Shown: positions 1-12,089, counted from the stretch's first letter. The stretch is DNA of 25,061 nt from Tolypothrix carrinoi HA7290-LM1 (GCA_019358935.1 JAHHIK010000119.1:1-25061), one strand, 5' to 3'. Program-made: numbers and translations. The notes: generated by a model from the sequence alone, not told the origin.

Positions 1-52
1 CCTGAAATTAAATTCGCACTTGGCATTAAGTGCTGGTGATAAAGCAGAATTT

Positions 53-252
53 TCATAACGCCGCTATAGCCCCCTTGACGCGATCGCTGTCAATTTCCAC
101 ATAACGCTCCAAAGCCTTAAAATCCTTATGCCCGGTGATTTTTTTGATGGTGTACAAGTCAGTTCCGTTGCGGTGCAACTTAGTTATAAAGCTACGGCGA
201 GTGCTGTGAGTTGAGATGCCCTTAGCCGATAAGCCGGCTTTTTCGACGGCAT
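53..252 (-). pseudogene. Tyrosine recombinase/integrase, C-terminal remnant (5' truncated)
   Basis: AVEKAGL..ISTHSTRRSFIT...ITGH...ERY contains the HxxR, GH and catalytic Tyr motifs. Similarity stops near 250 in an AT-rich stretch; the ORF extension to 379 is just the antisense of the next gene. Confidence 0.85.
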
Positions 253-272
253 TGTTTTTTATTATATAAATA

Positions 273-2890
<2,618 letters not shown>

Positions 2891-2891
<1 letters not shown>

Positions 2892-3709
2892 TGCCATTAC
2901 CAGAAGGATTTAGTGAGTGGGAACATTTGCAAGACATGCTTAGGCGTGACCACAATAAGGCAGTTTCGGCTTATTACAATAAACAACCAGACGATGATAT
3001 AAGTACTCCTAAACGGGCATTGAAGCAAGCTTGTTTAATTAAAGATGATGATACCGCAACCATGACTCTTATGCGAATGTGGTTGTTTGAAATAACCGTA
3101 GGTCGCGCTCAAGCTTTGCAACGTCCAGTATACGGTATTCCCGTTCAGGAATTACAATCAAATGCCAAATTTAAACCACAAGTTAAACTTTATTTTTTAG
3201 AACCTTACGACGAAAACGTTCACAAAGACGGTACACCTCAAGCTGAAGGCGAGATTACTTTTAGGTTAATGAATGAAACAAGTGAAACTATTAGCCGTGC
3301 TGAAGCACAATCACTTGCTAAAGCAATTAAAAATGAAATTGCGACTCCTCCTCTAGTTTGGGAAAAAGGTTGGTTTAAAACCACTTATTTAGACTTAGAG
3401 CATGGTTACGATTTACGACTATTAGTAAAAAGCAAGGTGGAAGGGGAGCGCGTGGTTAAAAAAGTTCTGGGTATTCGCAATCACCCTTTTAATCGTGATT
3501 ATTTTCAGTTTGTCGATCACGATCGCTCTTATCCTGTTAACCCAGGTACACACCGCGTGTATGGCAAGACGGTAAAAAAGCCCATCAAACGCCGACGCGC
3601 TGACGTTAAGTTTCGATATGCACAGCTATTAATTTGGGGACAGCCCAATCCGGTAAACCTGGTAGCAACCAGTGGCAGCAGGCTTCGAGGTGTGATTGAG
3701 AAGGCTTAA
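2891..3709 (+). CDS. Hypothetical protein of the virus-like element (272 aa)
   Basis: Long ORF translationally coupled to the upstream gene; no family recognised. Confidence 0.7.
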
Positions 3710-3817
3710 TTTCAGTTTCACAAAAAATTTACTGGAGAAGTTAACTAGTCCGGTTGGAAATAAAGACCCAAAACACTTGCTACAACTGTGAAAACAGCAA
3801 TTTAATAATCGCGAAAT

Positions 3818-4375
3818 ATGGGAAGACAGAAAAGCGTTGCATAGCTTGAAAGAGAGTTGCTATATGCCAGGAACAAAGCAGAATATGAAAAGAACAAGCC
3901 AAGTCGGGAAGAAGGCGGTTCTCCTAGAAAGCTTCCAAAAGTTGCTTATGGTTACAAGCCAATGGCGATCGCTGCTGGTGACACAGCTAAAAAATACAAA
4001 GTGCAAGGATCTAAAGAGGGCGTTACTTTTTTTACGGCGACAGCACTTAATCTGTTAAGTGGCGATGCAGTAGCAGCACTAGATCCTTTACCGAGAGGTG
4101 CAAAACCTGCTAAAGTTCACGCAATGGTTGCCGACAGTACACCCACGGTAATAAAAGCAGAAGGTAGTAAACGCCCTTACATTCGCTACGGAAAAGGCAC
4201 CAGGGGCAGTAACGCACAATACACTTACACTGCGCCAATCTCGATTCAAACAGCAAGTGCCATTGATACAGAAATAAAAACAGCTTTCACCGCTGTTAAA
4301 GGTAAGCTTGGCGGTGCTTATGGGCGTGTTTGGTATGAACCCGAATACTTTGTAATCAGCGACGGTGGAGAATAA
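3818..4375 (+). pseudogene. Hypothetical, possibly structural, protein with a basic N-terminus and an in-frame TAG at codon 9
   Basis: ATG at 3818 is in frame with the 3857 TTG ORF: MGRQKSVA*LERELLYARNKAEY, with TAG at 3842-3844. It could instead be intact from TTG 3857. Confidence 0.55.
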
Positions 4376-4580
4376 CTTTCTTAGTACCCCTGTTCTTTGG
4401 TATCCGGGTCAATCTGAATGTGAGTTTGACGAAGAAGTTGAATTAATGCTTGCCAGGTCGCAAATCACAGCCGATTTTCTTTATGGCAAAATTTACCCAG
4501 ATACTTTTTTAGATTTTTTAGACGAGCAGGGATTTGATGTTTTTGAGTTAGCTCATGATTGGCAATTGATTGTGCCATGA
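4365..4580 (+). CDS. Small acidic hypothetical protein (71 aa)
   Basis: Overlaps both neighbours in an operon-like arrangement (ATGA overlap at 4577-4580). Confidence 0.6.
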   Translation: MENNFLSTPVLWYPGQSECEFDEEVELMLARSQITADFLYGKIYPDTFLDFLDEQGFDVFELAHDWQLIVP

Positions 4581-5083
4581 GCCTAAATTTAGACCTCACG
4601 GGGCTGGGTGCTTGGGAGTTGACTTATTTTCAACGCATCCAGGGAAACGCACAAAACAAGCGTGTTCGCGCTCCTTTGATTGAGCCTGTTGAAATTCCTT
4701 ACTTAACCGACAAGCACTTGTTTTTAGTAGGAGCGACTTATGTAAACGCACCCCCTACCTGGCAAAGAGCCGGCTATCTTTATCAACAAATCGATGGAAT
4801 TCGTATTGATGACGCAGTTATCTTCGAGGGATTAGGAAGTAATTCTTCAACTGCTGTTGATGCCCAAAGACAGTTAGTCCGGCTGAATACAATTCAGTTT
4901 GTTAACTTTGTTCAGCTTACAGAAACTTTTCGCTTGCGGTTTGAACCTTTACCTTGGATTCCTGAAATTACTTTGGCAGTTTGGGAGTACAGAGGTACAG
5001 AAAGCAATACTACCGAGGACTTGCTAAATGCAGTCCGAGCCAAATTAGAAACTATTGAATTTAAAATTGACCAACAATCATGA
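4577..5083 (+). CDS. Hypothetical beta-rich protein with a C-terminal helix
   Basis: The ATG at 4577 overlaps the previous TGA, and its own stop overlaps the next ATG. Confidence 0.7.
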   Translation: MSLNLDLTGLGAWELTYFQRIQGNAQNKRVRAPLIEPVEIPYLTDKHLFLVGATYVNAPPTWQRAGYLYQQIDGIRIDDAVIFEGLGSNSSTAVDAQRQLVRLNTIQFVNFVQLTETFRLRFEPLPWIPEITLAVWEYRGTESNTTEDLLNAVRAKLETIEFKIDQQS

Positions 5084-5424
5084 GTTTAACTTTTCAAGCT
5101 TTATCAGATATTCTTCCAACCGGAAGCATTGAGTTTGTCGGCAATAATCAACTAAAGCTTAACTTTAGTCAATTAACTGGTGATACTTTAAGTTTTGAAG
5201 CGTCTTGTGTTGAACCAATCGTTAAGTTAATGCAAAAGTTAGCTGACTTAACTACTGCGGTTAACTCTGCACGAGTAAGTGAAAATCCTTCCAAAACTCC
5301 TATTGTGTTTGCCAGCAAAGATTTAATCGGAACTCCTGACGCGCCAGAATTTGAGTTTACTGTTCGGGTTGCAGTTGACACTAGCCAGTTCGCTAATAAT
5401 TTGATTGATCCAACTAATGATTAA
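5080..5424 (+). CDS. Hypothetical protein (114 aa)
   Basis: Coupled ORF in the operon (ATGA overlap). Confidence 0.7.
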   Translation: MSLTFQALSDILPTGSIEFVGNNQLKLNFSQLTGDTLSFEASCVEPIVKLMQKLADLTTAVNSARVSENPSKTPIVFASKDLIGTPDAPEFEFTVRVAVDTSQFANNLIDPTND

Positions 5425-5746
5425 TAATGTTGCTGGATTAATTTCTAACTCATCGGTGAGTAGCTTTAGCAAGTGTACCAATAGCAAGGTTAATTTAACT
5501 GCTAATACACCTGTGGGAGTTCTTTCAAGTAACTCTAAGCGCATGTACGCTGCTTTTATTAATAACGGTCAAACTGATATTACGTTAGTTTTAGACGATA
5601 AGTCAAAAGCTGTTATTGACGAGGGCATAATTATTAGAGGCTACGGCGGAAGTTACGAAATAACTTCTTTAAATCTCTACACAGGCAAGGTATCTGCAAT
5701 CAGCACGACTGTTACCCAGCTTTCTTTTGTAGAAGGTTTTGAATAA
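5417..5746 (+). CDS. Small beta-sandwich-like protein, paralog of 5774-6085; putative virion structural protein
   Basis: Shares the pattern L..NS.R....I.NN...L...GG.YE....YTG.(V/I)S.I with the next ORF. Confidence 0.65.
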   Translation: MINNVAGLISNSSVSSFSKCTNSKVNLTANTPVGVLSSNSKRMYAAFINNGQTDITLVLDDKSKAVIDEGIIIRGYGGSYEITSLNLYTGKVSAISTTVTQLSFVEGFE

Positions 5747-5773
5747 CTTTTCAACTCATCCAAAATCTTAAAT

Positions 5774-6085
5774 ATGCCTTTATACAATCCTGCATCGGTT
5801 ACTATTACCCCGTCTACGAGCGGCACTGCAACCCCTACAAGTGTTGCTGCAAGTATCACAAGCGTTTCTTTTCTAGCTGCAAATTCAGGGCGGAAAGGTA
5901 CAACTATTTGGAATAATTCAACTGCTAATTTGTATGTTGAATTGGGCGCAAGTTCTAGCACATCCAGCTTTACTGCTAGGGTTGGCGCTGGTGGATATTA
6001 TGAGGTTCCCTTTACTTACACTGGAATTATTAGCGGTATTTGGGATGCGGCTAATGGTTCGGCGTTAGTGCGAGAGTTAACTTAA
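5774..6085 (+). CDS. Small beta-sandwich-like Ser/Thr-rich protein; putative virion structural protein
   Basis: Paralog of the previous ORF, with a TAATG overlap with the next gene. Confidence 0.65.
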   Translation: MPLYNPASVTITPSTSGTATPTSVAASITSVSFLAANSGRKGTTIWNNSTANLYVELGASSSTSSFTARVGAGGYYEVPFTYTGIISGIWDAANGSALVRELT

Positions 6086-6633
6086 TGCCTTTATTTAATG
6101 ACGAAGCAAGCCTAATTCCTTCACCTCATCCTGGTTTTATTTCGGGCAAATATTATGCTTCTACAATTTATAGTGCAACTACAAATTTGTCTTTTAGTAT
6201 CGGGTTTGTTTACTATATTTATTTTTTTGTTTCTTTCCAACAAAGTTTTAGTAAAGTAGCTTTTTACTCAAATACTTCTTTTTCTAACACACAAAATGTG
6301 CGACTAGGAATTTATAAAATCGCTTTTGGTTTACCTTCTACACTAGTAGCCGACCTAGGAAGTATTTCTTTTACTTCCAACGGATCAAAAGAAGTTGCAT
6401 GTTCAATTGTTTTACCAGCGGGTTGGTACAGTATTGGGTTTATAACTAATCCTAGTTTTATTAATCTTCTGTGCCCTCTTATAACCCTAACCAACTTATT
6501 AGGAACGGCTTCTTTAGGATCTAGCACTTCTGGATTTAGAGCTACTCTGGCTTATGGCGATTTTCCTTCTGTTGCCTCATTGACAAATCTTACTGAAGTT
6601 AGCGTCCCTATTATTTGGTTAAAGGCTTCTTAA
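6085..6633 (+). CDS. Beta-rich hypothetical protein; possible receptor-binding/spike domain
   Basis: 182 aa, AT-rich, Ser/Thr/Phe-rich, with VRLGIY and LPAGWY segments. Function is inferred. Confidence 0.6.
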   Translation: MPLFNDEASLIPSPHPGFISGKYYASTIYSATTNLSFSIGFVYYIYFFVSFQQSFSKVAFYSNTSFSNTQNVRLGIYKIAFGLPSTLVADLGSISFTSNGSKEVACSIVLPAGWYSIGFITNPSFINLLCPLITLTNLLGTASLGSSTSGFRATLAYGDFPSVASLTNLTEVSVPIIWLKAS

Positions 6634-6635
6634 TT

Positions 6636-6944
6636 GTGAAAAATAACCTTGATATTATTTTGGGATTCGCGATGTTGATCGGAATCGCTTATAGAGTGTT
6701 TCAAATTGAGAAAGCGATTTATGATGCAATTGATGAGCTAAATAAATCTCTCATTAAGCGAATTGCTGAAAACGAGTTTAACTTTGGCGTACATGTGGCT
6801 GCTTACTGTGAACGCAAAGAGCGAGTAGATTACCTATTGCACGCTAACGAGGAAAAAATTGACCATAAAGCCAATCGGCTTTTTGATGAAATCAAAGAAC
6901 TCAAACTGCAACTAAAGCACATGCAAAAAATGGGTGAAAGTTAG
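6636..6944 (+). CDS. Membrane-anchored coiled-coil protein
   Basis: GTG start 2 bp after the previous stop; hydrophobic IILGFAMLIGIAY segment followed by a charged helix. Confidence 0.65.
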   Translation: MKNNLDIILGFAMLIGIAYRVFQIEKAIYDAIDELNKSLIKRIAENEFNFGVHVAAYCERKERVDYLLHANEEKIDHKANRLFDEIKELKLQLKHMQKMGES

Positions 6945-6945
6945 G

Positions 6946-7122
6946 ATGCTATCAAAATTAACTGTTAGGTCTGTAATAGTAATTATTCTGGTGATTGGGG
7001 CACTCGTGTTAGCGATCGCAGACCATAATTTTCGCCCTACTTTTGGGGACTTGGCTAAAGTTGGCGTTGGCGGGTATTTAGGTCAACTACTTCCGGAAGC
7101 GAACAAACGCTCTGGCGATTAA
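6946..7122 (+). CDS. Small membrane protein, holin-like
   Basis: 58 aa with one strong transmembrane segment, a second Gly-rich hydrophobic segment and a charged tail, lying at the end of the structural run. Confidence 0.5.
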   Translation: MLSKLTVRSVIVIILVIGALVLAIADHNFRPTFGDLAKVGVGGYLGQLLPEANKRSGD

Positions 7123-7131
7123 ATTATAGAG

Positions 7132-8195
7132 ATGAACACAATTTTCATTCAAATTGCGTCCTATCGTGATGCAGAACTTATTCCTACTATAAAAGATGCT
7201 ATAGAACAGGCTCATTTTCCTGAACTTTTGAGTTTTGGTATTTGTTGGCAATATCAATCCGAGTCAGAACTACGTTATATTGATACCCTTAAAAATATCA
7301 AAAATTGTCGGATTACAAGTGTTTTAGCTTCTAAATCTCAAGGGGTTGGTTGGGCACGATCTGAAGTTCAAAAATTATGGCAAGGGGAAAAATATACTCT
7401 ACAAATTGATTCTCATATGCGTTTTATTAAGCATTGGGATATTCTCTTGATTAGTCTGCTAAATCTGTGCCCAAGCGAAAAACCTATTTTAAGTGCCTAT
7501 CCGCCTAGTTACGCTCCTACTAGGACAATATTAAATAATTTTATTACTGGGATTAAGTTTGACCAATTTCACTCTTCAGGTATTGTAACTTTTAAAGGTA
7601 GTGGTGAGGATTTAAGCCAATATTCTTGTCCTCAACGTGGTGCTTTTATTGCTGGTGGATTTATGTTTTCAGAAGCATCTATCATCCACGAAGTGCCTTC
7701 CGATCCTAATATTTATTTTTTAGGTGAAGAATTTTTCACTTCTGTCAGAGCATGGACAAGGGGTTGGGATATTTATCATCCACATCAAGTTATCCGCCTT
7801 CGGCGGAAGGCAGAAGGCAGAGGGCAGAGGGCAGAAGGTATAAATTATGTCTTTGATTCAGCCTTCTGGCTGGAGCCAACTGGGTATAAAACCCCACCGT
7901 CTACACGGTGGATTCAATCGGTTGGGGTTTGAATCCCCATCCGATTGCTCCTTCAGCATAGCTGCCTCCTGCCCTCTGCCTTTCTTCAATTGTTGGCATT
8001 ATTACAATTCCGGAACAAAAGCACGTCCTGTCCATTGGCAAGATAATGAATGGATACCTCTTAATTGCTTGTCTGAACAACGGTTTAGAGAAATAGTTGG
8101 CTTACAGGTATCAAGAGAAAATTTTGGCATTTATGGTTTGGGAGAAAATCGCACTCTGTGTGCGTATCTTGAAATGTGTGCAATCTCCCTTGATG
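7132..8195 (+). pseudogene. GT60-type (Skp1/mucin-type, Pfam GlcNAc-like) polypeptide N-acetylglucosaminyltransferase, interrupted by a MITE
   Basis: Motifs IFIQIASYRD, GICWQ, GVGWAR, LQIDSHMRF (DxH), YPP, VPSDP..F.GEE, WTRGWDIYHP, WHYY and YGLG..RTL. Removing 7794-7989 restores HQVICWHYY. The 3' end is approximate. Confidence 0.85.
7794..7989 (+). mobile_element. 196-bp non-autonomous IS200/IS605-like element (MITE/PATE)
   Basis: Preceded by TTAT, ends in TTCAA and has no target duplication. It has a terminal hairpin CCGCCTTCGGCGG and GGCAGA(A/G) heptamers with inverted copies at the other end. Precise removal restores the host frame. Confidence 0.8.
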
Positions 8196-8245
8196 AGTGG
8201 GTCAAATCTTGCCTGCGATGCTCTGGGGATTCCTTACAGACATTT

Positions 8246-8395
8246 ATGCAAACTCTCGAATTTTCTACCAAACTCGAAACTATTCGCGTTTCTGCCCTCC
8301 ACGCGATCGCCTATTGTCCCCGCTTATTCTACCTCGAAGAAGTCGAAGAACTTTACACCCAAGATGCCGCAGTATTTGCCGGACGCAGACTGCAC
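8246..8395 (+). pseudogene. cas4: N-terminal 50 codons of Cas4 (Cas4-Cas1 fusion type, I-B/MYXAN-like)
   Basis: MQTLEFSTKLETIRVSALHAIAYCPRLFYLEEVEELYTQDAAVFAGRRLH carries the Cas4 YCPR and G..H motifs and lies next to the array. Confidence 0.85.
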
Positions 8396-8429
8396 AGTGA
8401 TTGGGGCTTTTGTGTTGGCGATCGCAGAT

Positions 8430-8897
8430 GTGCTAAAACCTCTGATGCCTTTTGGCGTTGAGCACGTGATGGCGACCTGAATAATACTGACCCCGATGAT
8501 TTTAGTGCTAAAACCTCTGATGCCTTTTGGCGTTGAGCACTATCTTTTTTATACCTTCTCCTTCCTTGGTTTGTGTGCTAAAACCTCTGATGCCTTTTGG
8601 CGTTGAGCACGATGCGATCGCTTGGATGCTGAAGCAAAAGCGGTGCTAAAACCTCTGATGCCTTTTGGCGTTGAGCACGTTCTTCAACGTCCCCATTTAG
8701 CTCAGAATTTGGGGGTGCTAAAACCTCTGATGCCTTTTGGCGTTGAGCACAAATTCCTTCAATAAAAATTCCGGTTCCCAAAGTTGGTGCTAAAACCTCT
8801 GATGCCTTTTGGCGTTGAGCACTATTGAATCCTGACGGGAAATGTAGGGCTGATTAACGGAGTGCTAAAACCTCTGATGCCTTTTGGCGTTGAGCAC
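8430..8897 (+). CRISPR. CRISPR array: 7 identical 36-bp repeats and 6 spacers, plus a probable extra spacer at 8396-8429
   Basis: Repeat GTGCTAAAACCTCTGATGCCTTTTGGCGTTGAGCAC starts at 8430, 8505, 8575, 8643, 8715, 8787 and 8862. Spacers are 39, 34, 32, 36, 36 and 39 bp; the hairpin is ATGCC-TTTT-GGCGT. Orientation is inferred from the cas4 strand and hairpin position. Confidence 0.98.
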
Positions 8898-8903
8898 TGA
8901 AAA

Positions 8904-9600
8904 ACGTGAGTTCGACGGAGTGAATTGACTGTGGTAGTAGGTTAGGGGTTCAATTCAGACCATTGCGATCGCGAGCAAGTATATGGTGGAGCTCAAATGG
9001 AGGATGGACATCACACAGGTTTTTTGCGACCTAGACGACTTCTGTTTAGGATTTGAGTCTAGGTGGAAACAAGCACATCTGCCGCAAATGAATGGTGAAA
9101 AGTTAAGCCGTTGTCGAATGTGCCTGAGCGATCGGCATGACGATAGTAGTTGGATTTCATAGTTCTGGGTATCGCACTTTAAAGAGTTTTATACCTTGCA
9201 AGTTCTACCTTGTTGTCAGAATGCCTTTCCAAATCTACTCAGCTACTACCGATTCGCCCTTGGTGATGCTTTGGAGCTTAATGGCGCTTTGTTGTTATCT
9301 ACACACTATAAGTCTTGGGAAGACCTCGCTCAAAAAGAATATGAAAAATAAGTTGGTTCCCTTGATGGATAAAATCCTACTTTGCAAGCGGGCTGTCCCA
9401 ATCGTCTGTTAATGACCAACTTAAGAACATTTGCTTTCGTTGAACACTTCCTGTCATCGGAGTGTACTTAACTTTATGGTTAACCTTTTAGCTGGACTGG
9501 TTGCTTACACCTACCTTGAGAAAAAACCTTCTTTGAATATTAACCCTAAAGATTACGAAGCTTTGCCTGCGGTGGCTTTTTAACTTCGTCGAACTCACGT
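8904..9600 (+). mobile_element. IS982-family element, internally deleted, with a transposase pseudogene (~9004-9583)
   Basis: Perfect 14-bp terminal inverted repeats ACGTGAGTTCGACG (8904-8917 and 9587-9600). Fragments MDITQVFCDLDDFC, MTIVVGFHSSGYR, KKNMKNKL and NFMVNLLAGLVAY..KKPSL lie in broken frames. Confidence 0.88.
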
Positions 9601-9677
9601 ATATTTAAATTTGTAATATATAACAATTTAAATCAAGTTAAAATTTTCTGTATGTACATAAACAATACTACCTGGAG

Positions 9678-10253
9678 GTGTATATGTTAAATAATCTAGA
9701 ATCATTGTCACATCCGCCAAGCAAACAGCAATTCCTCACTACTTTTCGTTTAGTAAGTCGCATTAGCTTCTGGGTACAGTTGTCGCTAGGTGCTGTTTCC
9801 GGCATTGCTTTGTTGTTTGCTTGGTTTAGCCGCAACGTCACTATACAAACGAACAATACAGGTATTGGGTTCGGTGTCTTTTTAGGTACTGTTGGTATTT
9901 TGTTACTGTGCTTCCGTGTATATTATGCTCTGCGTTACAGACGTTTGGCTAAACTTTTACAAACACCAAATTCTCAAATCCATCTCAAGAAAGAAGACGT
10001 AATTAAAGCTTTACGGCTGGGATTAATCGTTAGTTTAATAGGGCTATTAATATCTTTTGTTGCATCTGAAGTGACGGTTGCAGTTATATTAGGAAAAACA
10101 TTAGCGCAACCTCAAGGAGTCGCAGTTTATCGACCGGAAAACCTGATTCGTTCACTAGATATTTTTGTCATGCTCGCAAACGTCAACATGATTGGCGCTC
10201 ACTTTTTTGGTGCAGTTACTTCTTTAGGTCTACTCTATTGGGTAGAAGATTAA
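9678..10253 (+). CDS. DUF3611 (Tic21-like) membrane protein
   Basis: Multi-TM protein with the FR....ISFWVQL motif and a C-terminal I..LD.F...AN....AHF motif; GGAGG lies near the start. Confidence 0.75.
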   Translation: MYMLNNLESLSHPPSKQQFLTTFRLVSRISFWVQLSLGAVSGIALLFAWFSRNVTIQTNNTGIGFGVFLGTVGILLLCFRVYYALRYRRLAKLLQTPNSQIHLKKEDVIKALRLGLIVSLIGLLISFVASEVTVAVILGKTLAQPQGVAVYRPENLIRSLDIFVMLANVNMIGAHFFGAVTSLGLLYWVED

Positions 10254-10295
10254 TTTGGCGCATAACGATCGCTCTTGTAAAGCTAAGGTAAACAA

Positions 10296-10898
10296 ATGAC
10301 CTATAGCGACTTTACGTTACGACGTGTCAAACAAGATTTTAATTTAACAATCGTTGAAGAAACGACTTTTCTAACATCTATCGAATTACAACAGCCAAGT
10401 CCTTTTTTGGCAGCTTTTTTGGATAAATATTTACCTTTAGCTTTAGCGTTAAATACTGAAAAAGCTCGGTCAGAAATGCTTATATGCCCTATTTTGTTGG
10501 AACTTAAAGATATTTTTCCACAGAAAATTAGTTTATTTTCTGGAAATGATTTTACTGTAGACCAATCAGTAGGACTAAATGGTGTTTGTGATTTTCTGAT
10601 AAGTCGTTCTCCCGAACAGTTGTTTATTGATGCACCTGCGGTAGTGGTGGTAGAAGCGAAAAAAGAAGATTTGAATGGAGGGTTAGGTCAGTGCGTTGCA
10701 GAAATGATTGCAGCACAGCGTTTTAATGAACAAAATAATCAGTCGGTTTCTACTATTTTTGGTACAGTTACTACCGGGGACAGATGGAAGTTTCTCAAGC
10801 TGGAATCTAATACGGTAACTATTGGACTTTTAGAATACAATCTTCCTCCAGTTGAGCAAGTTCTGGGTATTTTGGTCAATTTTGTTGCACATTATTGA
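10296..10898 (+). CDS. Conserved cyanobacterial PD-(D/E)XK-like protein
   Basis: EKARSE.LI.PIL, NGVCDF, VEAKK, GQCVAEM.AAQ and GTVTTG..W.F motifs. Confidence 0.7.
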   Translation: MTYSDFTLRRVKQDFNLTIVEETTFLTSIELQQPSPFLAAFLDKYLPLALALNTEKARSEMLICPILLELKDIFPQKISLFSGNDFTVDQSVGLNGVCDFLISRSPEQLFIDAPAVVVVEAKKEDLNGGLGQCVAEMIAAQRFNEQNNQSVSTIFGTVTTGDRWKFLKLESNTVTIGLLEYNLPPVEQVLGILVNFVAHY

Positions 10899-10915
10899 GT
10901 AGAAGAGTAAGCATG

Positions 10916-10936
10916 AAAAAACCCGGCAAGACCGGG
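10916..10936 (-). terminator. Intrinsic terminator for the 10971-11345 gene
   Basis: On the minus strand, CCCGG-TCTTG-CCGGG is followed by a T run. Confidence 0.65.
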
Positions 10937-10970
10937 CAGATGCACTGTTTGTCGAATATGGTAGTAATAA

Positions 10971-11345
10971 TTAAATTTTGACATCACAAGTTAAAGGACA
11001 AGCAGCGTAGACGGTAGTTTGTGTTTCATCTGCCTCTCCATGCAGCCAGCTTAACCAGCTGACTTGACTTGGATGAACACCCTTGAGAGTTAACATCCCA
11101 GCAGTGAAAACAACAGCCATCACATTAAACAAAATTAAACCACCAGCAACCAGCAGAACAGCACTAACAGGCATCACAGATTGTAAGACAATCGACAACA
11201 AACATCCGACCGTAGCCATCAAGACAACTAAAGGAAAACCAACAACCAGCAAGCATACTGCCAATGTGAAAGACCAGATTAAAAAGCTTTTGATCATCAA
11301 CAAAGATTGAGTTTTGCCTAGATTAGAGCTTTGAGCTGCAACCAT
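10971..11345 (-). CDS. Conserved cyanobacterial membrane protein
   Basis: Hydrophobic ORF; the ATG at 11345 is preceded by GGGAGG. Confidence 0.75.
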   Translation of the reverse strand: MVAAQSSNLGKTQSLLMIKSFLIWSFTLAVCLLVVGFPLVVLMATVGCLLSIVLQSVMPVSAVLLVAGGLILFNVMAVVFTAGMLTLKGVHPSQVSWLSWLHGEADETQTTVYAACPLTCDVKI

Positions 11346-12089
11346 GAATTTTCCTCCCAAGAAAGTGTGAAATATTTATCTTGCTTGTTTAAAGCAAATT
11401 CGATATCTGAATGACTTTCAGTATATAAAAGCAAATCGGGTAAATGAGCATTTAGTTAATAAACTTTACAGTTAAGCTCTGGGGATCATGGATAAATGCC
11501 CTGATAAGCATTTTCTGGACTACCCCTCCCTAGCATCTACCTTAAGGAGTAGAAGGTAAAAGTATTAATTAATCGAGTGCGTTATTAGCACTATAGATAA
11601 TTTATGCTTAACATATCTTATCAAAAACAAGGTAGATTCTCATAATTGCTCTGATAAGGCTGAACAATTTATCGGCTATTGCTTTCGCTGTTATTTGCTA
11701 GCTAGTTGTATCAATGCCTAACACAAATTCCTTATCTTTAGATGAGTATATTTACATTTAATTATTAGTAAGATTTGATTCTTTAAATTCTACTTGTATA
11801 TACTGAATGCTTTCTCTGCCTTTGATGTGTTAAACCAGTCAATATCAGGGATAATAATTTTTTTATTTAACTGATAGCCAGTCGAGGTAAAAAAAACGGA
11901 TACAAGTAAAGGGAGAAAAGATAGAACTGGTGATAGACATTTATTTGCCTTATCCCATTCGCAAATGAGTAAGTAGGCTGATAGCGATCGCTCCTTATCT
12001 CATCCTTCTGGCTTATTTGCCGATTTTTACAACCAAAACTAGCCGCTAATTCCACATATGAAACAAAACGCAGATTAATTTGAAGATAT

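Noticed and set aside
7847..8461. A genuine glycosyltransferase-Cas4 fusion protein
   Set aside because: The ORF starts inside a MITE, contains only 50 Cas4 residues and ends in a CRISPR repeat, so it is better explained as a rearrangement product.
8578..8781. 67-aa minus-strand ORF with repeated peptides
   Set aside because: It is a translation of CRISPR repeats and spacers.
8396..8861. Self-targeting of the neighbouring element by the spacers
   Set aside because: By eye I found only short matches (TCAATAAAA in spacer 5; a 12-bp AGAAGGTATAAA shared by the spacer 2 reverse complement and the MITE), which is chance level. A proper alignment is still needed.
11346..12089. Regulatory sites or ncRNA in the long AT-rich divergent intergenic region
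   Set aside because: I found no convincing NtcA box, sigma-specific motif or structured RNA.
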